A stretch of 64,000 bases of DNA from an uncultured delta proteobacterium (GCA_963727485.1 CAVSGM010000002.1:224001-288000); one strand, 5' to 3'. Positions 12,821 to 22,793 are shown, counted from the first letter of the stretch. The notes: a model not told the origin generated them from the sequence alone. A program made the numbers and translations.

Positions 12821-12824
<4 letters not shown>
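12156..12824 (+). CDS. Putative lipoprotein
   Basis: GTG start, lipobox LGAC, Pro/Ala-rich tail. Stop overlaps the start of the next gene. Confidence 0.6.
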
Positions 12825-14422
<1,598 letters not shown>

Positions 14423-14425
14423 GCG

Positions 14426-14698
14426 ATGGGTATGAAGGACAAGGCCACCAACCTCGGGATGAAGGTCATGAACGACATCATGACCGACCCCGAGAAGGCC
14501 CAGAAGCTGGCGAAGGCCATGGGGGCCTACCAGAAGGGGCGTGACTCGGTGCGCGAGAGCCAGGAGAAGCTCCTGCACTCGGTGGGGCTGCCCACCACCG
14601 GTGACGTCGAGGGCCTCACCAAGCGGATCTCGAAGGTCCGCCGACGCATCAAGGACGTGTCCAAGCGTCTGGGAAAGGTGCAGGGACGACTGGCTTGA
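14426..14698 (+). CDS. Small basic helical hypothetical protein (90 aa)
   Basis: Preceded by an AAGGAG RBS, with typical codon bias. Predicted amphipathic or coiled-coil. Confidence 0.7.
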   Translation: MGMKDKATNLGMKVMNDIMTDPEKAQKLAKAMGAYQKGRDSVRESQEKLLHSVGLPTTGDVEGLTKRISKVRRRIKDVSKRLGKVQGRLA

Positions 14699-14723
14699 CA
14701 GGCGGCCGAGCCAACACCATACT
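14695..14723 (+). promoter_or_regulatory. sigma70-type promoter for tRNA-Val
   Basis: TTGACA-N17-CATACT, about 20 bp upstream of the tRNA. Confidence 0.7.
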
Positions 14724-14743
14724 CCGCCGCCGTTTCACGGTTT

Positions 14744-14818
14744 GCGCGCGTAACTCAGCGGTAGAGTGCCACCTTCACACGGTGGAAGTCGCTGGTTCGA
14801 ACCCAGCCGCGCGTACCA
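14744..14818 (+). tRNA. tRNA-Val (anticodon CAC)
   Basis: Acceptor stem GCGCGCG/CGCGCGT, D-arm TAACTCAGCGGTAGAGT, anticodon arm CCACC-TTCACAC-GGTGG, T-loop GGTTCGAACCC and an encoded CCA. Confidence 0.97.
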
Positions 14819-14822
14819 TCTT

Positions 14823-14865
14823 CCCGCGCCCGCTCCCCCAGGTTGGGGGGCGGGCGCGGGCTTCT
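14823..14865 (+). terminator. Intrinsic terminator-like hairpin after tRNA-Val
   Basis: CCCGCGCCCGCTCCCCCA-GGT-TGGGGGGCGGGCGCGGG followed by CTTCT. Confidence 0.65.
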
Positions 14866-14882
14866 CGACGCCGCGCCTACTG

Positions 14883-16421
14883 ATGGCTGCTTCCGAGCGC
14901 AGGCCCCGGGCCCTGGTCGTCGACGACGACGACGGGATGCGTGGGAACATGGCCCACATCCTCGAGGCCGACGGCTTCGAGACGGTGGGCGCGGTCGACG
15001 GGATGGACGCCCTGGGGCGGCTCGAGCGCGCCAGCTTCGACATCGCCCTCCTCGACATCCAGATGCCGGGCATCGACGGCCTGGAGACGCTGAAGCGGAT
15101 CCGGGAGAAGGCGCCGGAGGTCGAGGTGGTGATGGTCACGGTGCTCAAGGAGATCCCCAAGGTCGTCGAGGCGATGAAGCTCGGGGCCTTCGACTTCCTC
15201 ACCAAGGACTTCCGGGCCAGCGAGCTGCAGCTCAAGGCCCAGCAGGCCCTGACCCACAGGCGCACCGCCCGGCAGATGGCCTACCTCCGCGACGAGGTGG
15301 AGCGACAGGCCCCCGGCGAGATGATCATGGGCGACGGGCCGGCGATGCGCGAGGTGTCGACCCTGGTCGACAAGGTGGCGCCGCTCCCCGCCACGGTGCT
15401 GGTCCTCGGCGAGAGCGGGACGGGCAAGGAGCTGCTGGCCAGGCGTCTCCACCGCATCTGGTCCGGGGGCGACAAGAAGAAGCCCTTCGTCACGGTGAAC
15501 CTGGCGGCGATGCCCGCCAGCCTCATCGAGTCCCAGCTCTTCGGGCACGAGAAGGGGGCGTTCACCGGGGCCACCGAGCAGCGCCTGGGGAAGTTCGAGC
15601 TCGCCGACGGAGGCACGCTCTTCCTCGACGAGATTGGCGAGCTGCGCCTCGATCTCCAGGCGAAGCTCCTGCGCGCCATCCAGGAGCGCGAGGTGGAGCG
15701 CCTCGGGGGCAAGCGTCCGGTGCCGGTGGATGTCCGGCTCATCACCGCCACCAACGTCGACCTCAAGGAGGCGGTCCACGCCGGTCGCTTCCGTGAAGAC
15801 CTCTACTACCGCATCAACGTCATCCCCATCCGGCTGCCGCCCCTGCGCGAGCGCATCGAGGACGTGCCGGTGCTGGCGCGGCACTTCGCCCGGAAGGCGG
15901 GGCAGCGGTTCAACCGGCCAGTGCCCGAGCTCACCGACACGGCGCTCGAGGTGCTGATGCGCTACCCCTGGCCCGGGAACGTCCGGGAGCTGGAGAACCG
16001 CATCGCCGGGCTGGTGGCGGTGCAGGACCGGCCGGTCATCGACGACGTGGACCTGCCCATCGAGTTCAGCTACCCGCGCTTCTACGACGAGGCCCGGCGC
16101 AAGAAGGCGGACGGGCTGGCGGTGGCGCTCACGGCCTTCGAGCGGTCGTTCATCGCCATGACCCTGGAGAAGACGGGGTGGCACCGGAAGCAGGCGGCGG
16201 CGGAGCTGGGCATCGGCTACTCGACGCTGAAGAAGAAGCTCAAGAAGCTGGGTGCTCGCGCCGCCCGGGGGGCGCCACGCCGACGGGGACCCGGACGGCG
16301 ACGACGACGAGGGGTGAGCCCTCACCGGCGCCGGAGGGACGTGGCGCGCGTGGCCGGCGTCGTCAGGCGGCGTCGGGGGACGACTCGGCCACCGGGGGAC
16401 TGGCGCGCCGGGGCAGGGTGA
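14883..16421 (+). CDS. NtrC-family sigma54-dependent response regulator (receiver, AAA+, HTH). The true stop is probably at 16317 after a C-terminal frameshift.
   Basis: Receiver LVVDDD...LLDIQMP, GESGTGKE, GAFTGA, FLDEIG, FREDLYYR, WPGNVREL and HTH AAAELGIGYSTL. Confidence 0.95.
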   Translation: MAASERRPRALVVDDDDGMRGNMAHILEADGFETVGAVDGMDALGRLERASFDIALLDIQMPGIDGLETLKRIREKAPEVEVVMVTVLKEIPKVVEAMKLGAFDFLTKDFRASELQLKAQQALTHRRTARQMAYLRDEVERQAPGEMIMGDGPAMREVSTLVDKVAPLPATVLVLGESGTGKELLARRLHRIWSGGDKKKPFVTVNLAAMPASLIESQLFGHEKGAFTGATEQRLGKFELADGGTLFLDEIGELRLDLQAKLLRAIQEREVERLGGKRPVPVDVRLITATNVDLKEAVHAGRFREDLYYRINVIPIRLPPLRERIEDVPVLARHFARKAGQRFNRPVPELTDTALEVLMRYPWPGNVRELENRIAGLVAVQDRPVIDDVDLPIEFSYPRFYDEARRKKADGLAVALTAFERSFIAMTLEKTGWHRKQAAAELGIGYSTLKKKLKKLGARAARGAPRRRGPGRRRRRGVSPHRRRRDVARVAGVVRRRRGTTRPPGDWRAGAG

Positions 16422-18141
16422 CCACGAAGACGGCGCCGCCGCTGGGGCGGTTCCCGGCGGAGACGGTGCCCCCCTGCTCCTCGACGATGCGACGGACCAC
16501 GGCGAGGCCGAGGCCGAGGCCGTTGCCCGAGCCCTTGGTGGTGCGGAAGGCGTCGAAGAGGTCGTGGAGGAGCGCCGGGGGGATGCCCGGGCCGTCGTCC
16601 TCGACCACCACGGTGACCCGGCTCGCCTCGAGGCCGACGCGGAGGGTGACGTGTCCCCCGTGGTCGCGGAGGGCGTCGAGGGCGTTCTCCACGAGGTTGC
16701 GCACGGCGCGCTCGAGGGCCAGGGCGTCGACCTCGACCATGGGGTCCCCGTCGCCCTCGACGACCAGGGCGAGGGAGATGCCGCGGGTGCGGGCGGTGGC
16801 GGTGAGGCTGCCCTCGAGGCGACGGAGGAGGTCGGGGAGGAGCACCGGCGCGGCCTCGGCCTCCCGGGGGTTGGCGAACTCCGAGAGGTCGGCGAAGAGC
16901 CGGTCGATGTAGGCCTGCTCCCGGTCGAGGTTCGCCTCGAGGTCTTGGCGGGTGGCCTCGGTCTCGGGGATGTCGAGGAAGGTCCGGACGTGGGTGATGA
17001 GGTGCTGGAACGGGCGCTTGAGATCGTGGGCCAGCCCGCCGGCGATGCGGCCGAAGAACGCCAGGCGCTCCTGGCGGCGAATCTCCTGGGTGAGGGTGCC
17101 GAGGTCCTCGGCCATGTGGTTGAAGCCCCGGGCCAGGTCGCCGAGCTCGTCGGGGCGGTCGTGGTGGACGCGGACGGTGAAGTCGCCCTCGCCGATGCGC
17201 CGGGCGCCGGCGGCGAGGCGCTCCACGGGGTTGACGATGGTCCGGGCGCCGATGAAGGTCACGGTGCCCACGGCGAGGAGCGCCGCGAAGAGCACGATGA
17301 GCAGGCCGAGGCCGAGCGCCCGCGCCTGGGCGAAGGCGTCCCGCGCAGGTGTCTCCACCACGGCGACCCAGTCGGTGCCCGGGACGGAGGCGGCGGCGCC
17401 GACCACCTGCAGCCCGTCGCGGCGGTCATAGGTCGCCGACACGGCGCCGCCGTCCTTCTCCACCTCGTTCACGATCTTCGGGGTGGGGTAGGGGCGGCGC
17501 TGGATGGCGTAGACGAGCTCCTTGGCGATGCCGTGGGCGAAGAGGTGCCCGTGGCGGTCGACGAGGTAGGTGTAGCCGGTGCGACCGAGGCGCAGGTCGC
17601 GGACCATGGACCACAGCTCCAGGGTGTCGACCTCGGCGGCGAGCGCCCCCACGGTCCGCCCGAGGCGGTGGACCGGCACGGCCACGGCCATCACCGGCAG
17701 CAGGTCGTCGCCGATGACCACCTGGGTCACCTGGGGCTTGCCGGTGGCCAGGGTCTTGTCCGCGGCGCCGCGCACCAGCTTGGAGGGCCCCTTGTCCGGC
17801 AGCAAGGTGCTGAAGGTCCGTTTGCCCCCGTGGTCGAAGTCGACCAGGTAGCGCAGGGTGCGGTCCTCGAGGAGCGCCCGCGCCAGCACCCGGTCGGTCT
17901 CGGTGGCGTCGAGCCCGTTGCCCGGGCTCACCGCCGCCCCCACCGCCCGCACCACGTCCACGCGCCCGCGGACGAAGGCCCCGACCCGCTTGGCCACCTC
18001 CGACGCCGCCGCCCGGGTCCCGGCGGTCACGCCCTCCTGCGCCCCGCGGATTCCGGACCAGGTGGCGTAGACCCCGTAGGCGCCGAGGGGAAAGAGCGTG
18101 GTGAGCGCCAGGAAGAGCAGGAGCTTGGCGCGCAGGCGCAT
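16363..18141 (-). CDS. Membrane sensor histidine kinase (TM, Cache-like periplasmic domain, TM, HAMP, HisKA, HATPase_c)
   Basis: Two TM helices, Cache-like GYTYLVDRHG, HAMP DELGDLARGFNHM, H-box LAHDLKRP, NLVENA, DDGPG and GLGLAVV. Confidence 0.93.
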   Translation of the reverse strand: MRLRAKLLLFLALTTLFPLGAYGVYATWSGIRGAQEGVTAGTRAAASEVAKRVGAFVRGRVDVVRAVGAAVSPGNGLDATETDRVLARALLEDRTLRYLVDFDHGGKRTFSTLLPDKGPSKLVRGAADKTLATGKPQVTQVVIGDDLLPVMAVAVPVHRLGRTVGALAAEVDTLELWSMVRDLRLGRTGYTYLVDRHGHLFAHGIAKELVYAIQRRPYPTPKIVNEVEKDGGAVSATYDRRDGLQVVGAAASVPGTDWVAVVETPARDAFAQARALGLGLLIVLFAALLAVGTVTFIGARTIVNPVERLAAGARRIGEGDFTVRVHHDRPDELGDLARGFNHMAEDLGTLTQEIRRQERLAFFGRIAGGLAHDLKRPFQHLITHVRTFLDIPETEATRQDLEANLDREQAYIDRLFADLSEFANPREAEAAPVLLPDLLRRLEGSLTATARTRGISLALVVEGDGDPMVEVDALALERAVRNLVENALDALRDHGGHVTLRVGLEASRVTVVVEDDGPGIPPALLHDLFDAFRTTKGSGNGLGLGLAVVRRIVEEQGGTVSAGNRPSGGAVFVVTLPRRASPPVAESSPDAA

Positions 18142-19494
18142 CTAGTGGGCCTTGGCCGGGCGGATGGAGAGGGCCAGCGAGTAGGGCTCGGTCGAGTCGG
18201 GCTTGGGATGGACGAAGCGGAAGCGCTTGGAGGTGACGGCGACGCGGGGGAGCACGCCCAGCGGCACGAAGGGCGGGTTCTCCGCGAGGCGCTTGCGGAT
18301 GTCCTTCCAGGTCGCGCCCTTGGCGAGCATGGCGTCGAGGACCGGGTCGTGGTGGTGGCCGACGTTCAGGCGGGCGCTCGATGGCGACATACAACGTTGG
18401 GGCCCGAGCGGGTGGCGCAAGTTGATGAAGCTAGGCGGAGGTCGAGCTTCCATGGGCTGGCCAAGTCGCTGCTTGGGCCACATGCTGTCACATGAGCCTG
18501 GACTCCTGCATCCGCTAGGCTCACGAAGAGGTCTTCGGTCGCCATGCGCGATCTCCTCGAGGTTGACGATCTCGAGGTCTAGCGGCTTGGTGATGGTCTT
18601 CAGCATCCTCTTGCACCCAGCGCGGAGGGGCGTGTCAGAACCGACTTGCCGATGGACCCGTGCGGGCGTCGGGGCCAGCCCATAGGCGACCTGCCAACGC
18701 CCGGAAGGCAGGAGTGATGGCTCTGGCAATGCACCGCCGGACCGCCGTGACTTTGGAGTAGGGGCTCATCTTCGTTGAAGACGAGCACAGCCTCGGTGTT
18801 CCTCTGCAGTACGGAGTCACCAGTCCTACCCGAGGCAGCGAGCAGGCGATCGTGCTGTAGGGGGAGCCCGCCGGCCACGTCGGCGTCGCCGGCTAGCAGG
18901 TGGGCGAAGACGGCCACGCGGCCCCGAGACGTGTCGGACGACCATCAGCCGAGGGTCGTGCATGGGCTGCACGGCGCGCGAGACAGATCCGGCTGGGCGC
19001 TCTGGGAGCGACCCGGTACGGGCCTGCGCCAATCCACGCCCCGTCCCGACCTCTTCGGGCAACGGGTGCCCACGGGACCGCGTGCATGTCCGGTGTCGGC
19101 AGGTGCAGGATACAGCCTGCCGTTGCGCTGCCAGTGCCAGCTCTCGCTCTGGGACCCCAGATGCAGCTCACGGCGGATCGCGCTGACGAGGTCGCGCGGC
19201 CGGATCGGGGAGCCGTCCTGGAAGTACCAGGTCGGCTTGAGGTTCGACCGCACAAGGATTCTCGCTGGGGCAGTGCAGGGCAGCCGGATAAGACGTGATC
19301 CGAGTGGAGGCGCAATTAGGTCGAGCAGGGTGGCCGAGTCGCCGTTGTGGGGCATGCCGGGAACGAGCGGCTCGAGAGGGCGGGGTGAGACCCACACGAG
19401 CGGTCGCTCCTGGCGCTGGCGGGCGTGGCCTGACACAGGCCGACAGGAGAAGCCCAAGCGCAAGCGCAAGCGGTACAGTCCTTCGGTGCCTCAC
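18142..19494 (-). CDS. Family-5 (Opp/Dpp-type) extracellular solute-binding lipoprotein, broken by several frameshifts in this assembly
   Basis: Assembled across frames: lipoprotein signal MRHRRTVPLALALGLLLSAC; LKPTWYFQDGSPIRPRDLVSAIRR (cf. LRxGVKFHDGxPLTAxDV); IGAGPYRV (cf. GTGPY); HLLAGDAD; LVFNEDEP..VRRCIARAI; DPVLDAMLA...LAENPPFVPL. Its stop directly abuts the kinase ATG. Confidence 0.65.
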
Positions 19495-19533
19495 CGAGAC
19501 AGCCTAGTCGTAGTCGCGCAGTCCGACGGAAGA

Positions 19534-19561
19534 CAAAGGCCCCCGTCGCTGACGAGGGCCT
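19534..19561 (-). terminator. Intrinsic terminator downstream of the small peptide gene
   Basis: On the minus strand, AGGCCCTCGTC-AGC-GACGGGGGCCT followed by TTGTCTT. Confidence 0.6.
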
Positions 19562-19588
19562 CTCGAATCTCAGAACGGTGACCGCGGG

Positions 19589-19657
19589 TTAGAAGCCGGC
19601 GAGGGCGTCGCAGGGGATGCGCTTCCGATTCCGCTTGTTGAGGGGCTTCTTGACCAT
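19589..19657 (-). CDS. Putative RiPP precursor peptide MVKKPLNKRNRKRIPCDALAGF (22 aa)
   Basis: ATG...TAA read manually, as it is below the ORF-track cutoff. Strong RBS GAAAGGAAGG about 6 nt upstream. Lies 121 bp downstream of the rSAM/SPASM gene on the same strand and is followed by a terminator. Single Cys. Confidence 0.75.
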   Translation of the reverse strand: MVKKPLNKRNRKRIPCDALAGF

Positions 19658-19778
19658 GGCGAACCTTCCTTTCGGGAAGTGGGGGGACTTCGTTGGGGGG
19701 GACTTCAGGGGGCAGAGGTCGGGCTTGCAGGTCCCCACACGTGGGGAGCCTCCCGGCCCCGGCGTCGGACAAAGGCGG

Positions 19779-21107
19779 CTAGGCCGCCACTTCCTCCGAG
19801 GGCATCCGGCCCTCGTAGAACTCGTCGAGGTAGCGCCGCTTCAGGGTCTCGCGGCCCACCGTGTCGAAGTAGTCGTGCTCACAGCTCACGCCGAGGGTGC
19901 CGTTGCGGCGGTAGGTCGTCGCCCGGCAACCGCCGGCGCACACGGGCAGGTACTCGCACTGGCCGCAGTCCTTCACCGGGTCGAGGCTCTCGAGGAGCTC
20001 GACGCGGGGCAGCCAGCGGTCGTCGGTGATCCGGCCGACGGCCATCTTCGGATCGCCCACCAGGACGTCGCACTTGTAGAGGTAGCCGCCGGCGTCGACG
20101 AGCAGGTACTGGTCCATGTGGAGGCCACAGGGGCCGAGGCCGAACTCGGGCTCGGGGCTGAGGCCCGAGCTCACCGCCTTCATCTGGAGGTGGACCAGGC
20201 CGTCGGGGTCGGCGTCGGAGATGCGGGTGGCGCAGTCGCCGTCGCCGCGTCCGTCGAGGACCGGCTTGAACTTCAGCTCGCTGATGGCGTCGGCGAGCCC
20301 CTCGCGGCGCAGCACGTCGGCGAGCTCGCCGTACGCGTGCTCGAGGCCCGCGGGCACGTTGCTGCCGATGTGGATGCGCACCCGCCCGGCGACCGCCTTG
20401 AGGTTCGCGAGGATCTGGTCCCAGGAGCCCGTCCCGTCCTTGCGAACCCGGCTCTGGTCGTGGTGGTGCTTGGGCCCGTCGAGGGTGACCTTGACCGACT
20501 CGAGCCCCAAGGGCGCCATGGCGTCGACGAAGGGCCGGTCGAGGAGGGCGCCGTTGGTGATGATCCGGCAGCTGAAGGCGCGACCGTCCTCGGCGAGCTC
20601 GCGCTGGAAACGCTCGGCGGTGCGGAGGATGAGGGGCTTCTTGAGGAGCGGCTCGCCGCCGAAGTAGGTGAGCTCCAGGGTGTGGAGGTCGTAGCGGGCC
20701 ATCCGGCGCCGGACCCAGCCGTGGAGCGCCTGCTCCACCGTCTTGCCCATCCCCGGCCCGCTGGGGCCACCCTCGGCCTCGTAGCAGTAGGGGCACCCGA
20801 AGTTGCAGTTCTCGGTGACCAGCACCCGCAGGCGCAGCACTCCGTCGCCCTGCTTCATCCCCAGCATGAAGTCGCGGAGGGCGGCGTCGTCGGCGACCTC
20901 GTCCTCGACGAGGAAGCCCTCGGCCGAAAGGTAGTCGACCTCCTCCTGCTCGAGGGCGCTCGCCGGCGGCCCGCCCGACAGGGACCCGACCCAGCCGAGG
21001 GCCCGGTCGTCGAGGCCGACCAGGTTGTCGGTCAGGGTGTTGTAGAGGACGTGCTCCCCGGGGAGTGGGAAGTCTCGGATGAGGACGTGGAACCGGGTGA
21101 GCTGCAT
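19779..21107 (-). CDS. Radical SAM/SPASM domain peptide maturase with an N-terminal RRE-like (PqqD-like) extension
   Basis: CNFGCPYC (CxxxCxxC), YFGGEP, IITNG and VTLDG. SPASM Cys set: C...YKC...CGQCEYLPVCAGGC...C. About 80-aa N-terminal extension. ATG at 21107 with an AGGGAG RBS. Confidence 0.9.
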   Translation of the reverse strand: MQLTRFHVLIRDFPLPGEHVLYNTLTDNLVGLDDRALGWVGSLSGGPPASALEQEEVDYLSAEGFLVEDEVADDAALRDFMLGMKQGDGVLRLRVLVTENCNFGCPYCYEAEGGPSGPGMGKTVEQALHGWVRRRMARYDLHTLELTYFGGEPLLKKPLILRTAERFQRELAEDGRAFSCRIITNGALLDRPFVDAMAPLGLESVKVTLDGPKHHHDQSRVRKDGTGSWDQILANLKAVAGRVRIHIGSNVPAGLEHAYGELADVLRREGLADAISELKFKPVLDGRGDGDCATRISDADPDGLVHLQMKAVSSGLSPEPEFGLGPCGLHMDQYLLVDAGGYLYKCDVLVGDPKMAVGRITDDRWLPRVELLESLDPVKDCGQCEYLPVCAGGCRATTYRRNGTLGVSCEHDYFDTVGRETLKRRYLDEFYEGRMPSEEVAA

Positions 21108-21137
21108 GGGGTGTCTCCCTGAATCGCCCCCCGAGAG

Positions 21138-21153
21138 AGCAGGGAGCGTGCCA
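21138..21153 (-). promoter_or_regulatory. sigma54 (-24/-12) promoter for the rSAM-peptide transcript
   Basis: On the minus strand, TGGCACG-CTCC-CTGCT (GG-N10-GC), 30 bp upstream of the rSAM ATG. Confidence 0.75.
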
Positions 21154-21163
21154 CCCGCCAGGG

Positions 21164-21558
21164 GGCTCCAAATCGAGCCCTCCCGACTCGGCTCAGCGGT
21201 CCAAGCTGGAAATCTCAATTGATTTCAACCACCTGTCACCAAGGCTCAAAATAGAGCCCCACGTGGCTACCCTCGCCCGAAGCGACACAAGCCACCGGAA
21301 TCACTGTGAATCGCCTGGACCAGGCCCCGAATGGGGCTTATCCCGACCCCAGGGGACTCTTCCAAAAAACACCTGTGATCACAAGGCGTTGGAAAGAGGG
21401 TGGCGACCCCGCCGGGGCACGTCGCCCAGCTTCGGGAAAGGGCTCCATTTGGAGCCCTTTCGTCCCGGGGCGGGGCCAGATCACGGGGAAATACCAATAA
21501 AAACCGTGATTTGGGCGCAGCCGCTCCTAGGCGAGCCCTCAGGTCTCACCCTAGAGCC
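21164..21558. promoter_or_regulatory. Array of GGCTC-N6-GAGCC palindromes (candidate enhancer-binding-protein sites)
   Basis: Perfect copies at 21164-21179, 21243-21258 and 21441-21456. One-mismatch copies at 21522-21537 and 21543-21558. Confidence 0.7.
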
Positions 21559-21563
21559 AGTGG

Positions 21564-21579
21564 TGGCACGCCGCTGGCA
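21564..21579 (+). promoter_or_regulatory. sigma54 (-24/-12) promoter for the divergent small-protein/kinase operon
   Basis: TGGCACG-CCGC-TGGCA (GG-N10-GC), upstream of the ATG at 21595. Confidence 0.65.
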
Positions 21580-21594
21580 AAAGAGACCAGTGCA

Positions 21595-21843
21595 ATGTCC
21601 AGGCTCGCCAAGGTCAAGGTCGTCGAGCTCGACGGGAAAAAGGTGTTCCTCCACTTCTACGAGGACGTCTCGACCCTCGGGACGCCCCGCTACTCGGTGG
21701 AGATCCGCTTCGGCCCCGAGGACCGCGTCGTCTTCGACGGCCCCAGCATCTCGGACCTCGAGGCGACCACCCAGGCCTGCCTCCCTGCCACCTGGGCCAG
21801 CCGGCGGATGCTCGCCGGCGCGGCCTACGGCGCCCCCCACTGA
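21595..21843 (+). CDS. Hypothetical protein (82 aa)
   Basis: Starts MSRLAKVKVVELDGKKVFLHFYED... with strong GC3 bias. Its TGA overlaps the next ATG (TGATG). Confidence 0.7.
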   Translation: MSRLAKVKVVELDGKKVFLHFYEDVSTLGTPRYSVEIRFGPEDRVVFDGPSISDLEATTQACLPATWASRRMLAGAAYGAPH

Positions 21844-22718
21844 TGCAACCCCTCGCCTCCCAGCCGACGCCCTCGCGTCCCTACCGCGCCGATCCCATGC
21901 CCCGCGACCCCGAGCTTCACGCCGCCCGCCTCGTCGAGCTGGGCAGCCTGGTACCGGGGCTGGTGCACGAGCTCTCGAACCCGGCCGCGGTCCTCCGGGG
22001 CAACCTCGGCGCCGTCGTCGACCACGCCGACACCCTGGGCCGACTGGTCAACGGCCTCGACCAGGGGCAGGACGCCTCGGCCCTGCGCCGGGACCTCGAG
22101 CTCGATGACACCGCCATCGACCTCGCCGAGCTGGTGGGCGAGTCCGCCGGCGCCCTCGACGAGCTGGTCTCCCTCCTCGGCGACATCCGTCACTACGCCG
22201 CCGGCGCCGAGGCCGAGGCCGAGGCCGATCTCGCCTCGGCCGTCGCCGCCGCCCTGCGCCTCGCCACCTACGAGACCAAGTACCGGGCCGCCGTGAGCGT
22301 CGGCGTCGGCGACCTCCCTCGGATCGCCCTGTGCCCCGTCCACCTGGTGCAGCTGGTGCTGGCCCTCATCCTCAACGCCGCCCAGGCCCTCGCCGACCAC
22401 CGGCAGCTCCACGGCGACCTGGGCCACGTGTCCCTCTCGGCCAGGGCCGAGGGCGACGACCTCGTCGTCCTCGAGGTCCGCGACGACGGCCCCGGCGTGT
22501 CCCCCGACCTCGCCGACCGCGTCTTCGAGCCCGGGGTCACCTCGCGGCCCGGGGCCAGGGGCATGGGCCTGTACCACGCCCGGAACCTCCTCGAGCGCGC
22601 CGGTGGCGCCCTCGTCCTCCAACCGCCCCGTGGCGGGGGCGCCGTCTTCGTCGCGCGCCTGCCCGCCCTCTCCGACGACATTCACAGTGAGGCCATCGGT
22701 CCTGTCCACAAGACATAG
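21843..22718 (+). CDS. Cytoplasmic histidine kinase without a sensor domain (HisKA-HATPase_c)
   Basis: Contains LVHELSNP, LILNAAQA, DDGPG and GMGLY. No TM or input domain. Confidence 0.85.
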   Translation: MQPLASQPTPSRPYRADPMPRDPELHAARLVELGSLVPGLVHELSNPAAVLRGNLGAVVDHADTLGRLVNGLDQGQDASALRRDLELDDTAIDLAELVGESAGALDELVSLLGDIRHYAAGAEAEAEADLASAVAAALRLATYETKYRAAVSVGVGDLPRIALCPVHLVQLVLALILNAAQALADHRQLHGDLGHVSLSARAEGDDLVVLEVRDDGPGVSPDLADRVFEPGVTSRPGARGMGLYHARNLLERAGGALVLQPPRGGGAVFVARLPALSDDIHSEAIGPVHKT

Positions 22719-22758
22719 GGTCTTGTGACCATGCCCCCCCGCAGAGGTCGATGGCCGG

Positions 22759-22793
22759 GAACCCCGCCGTGAATACGGCGGGGTTCTCTTTTT
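22759..22793 (+). terminator. Intrinsic terminator
   Basis: GAACCCCGCCGT-GAAT-ACGGCGGGGTTC followed by TCTTTTT. Confidence 0.85.
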
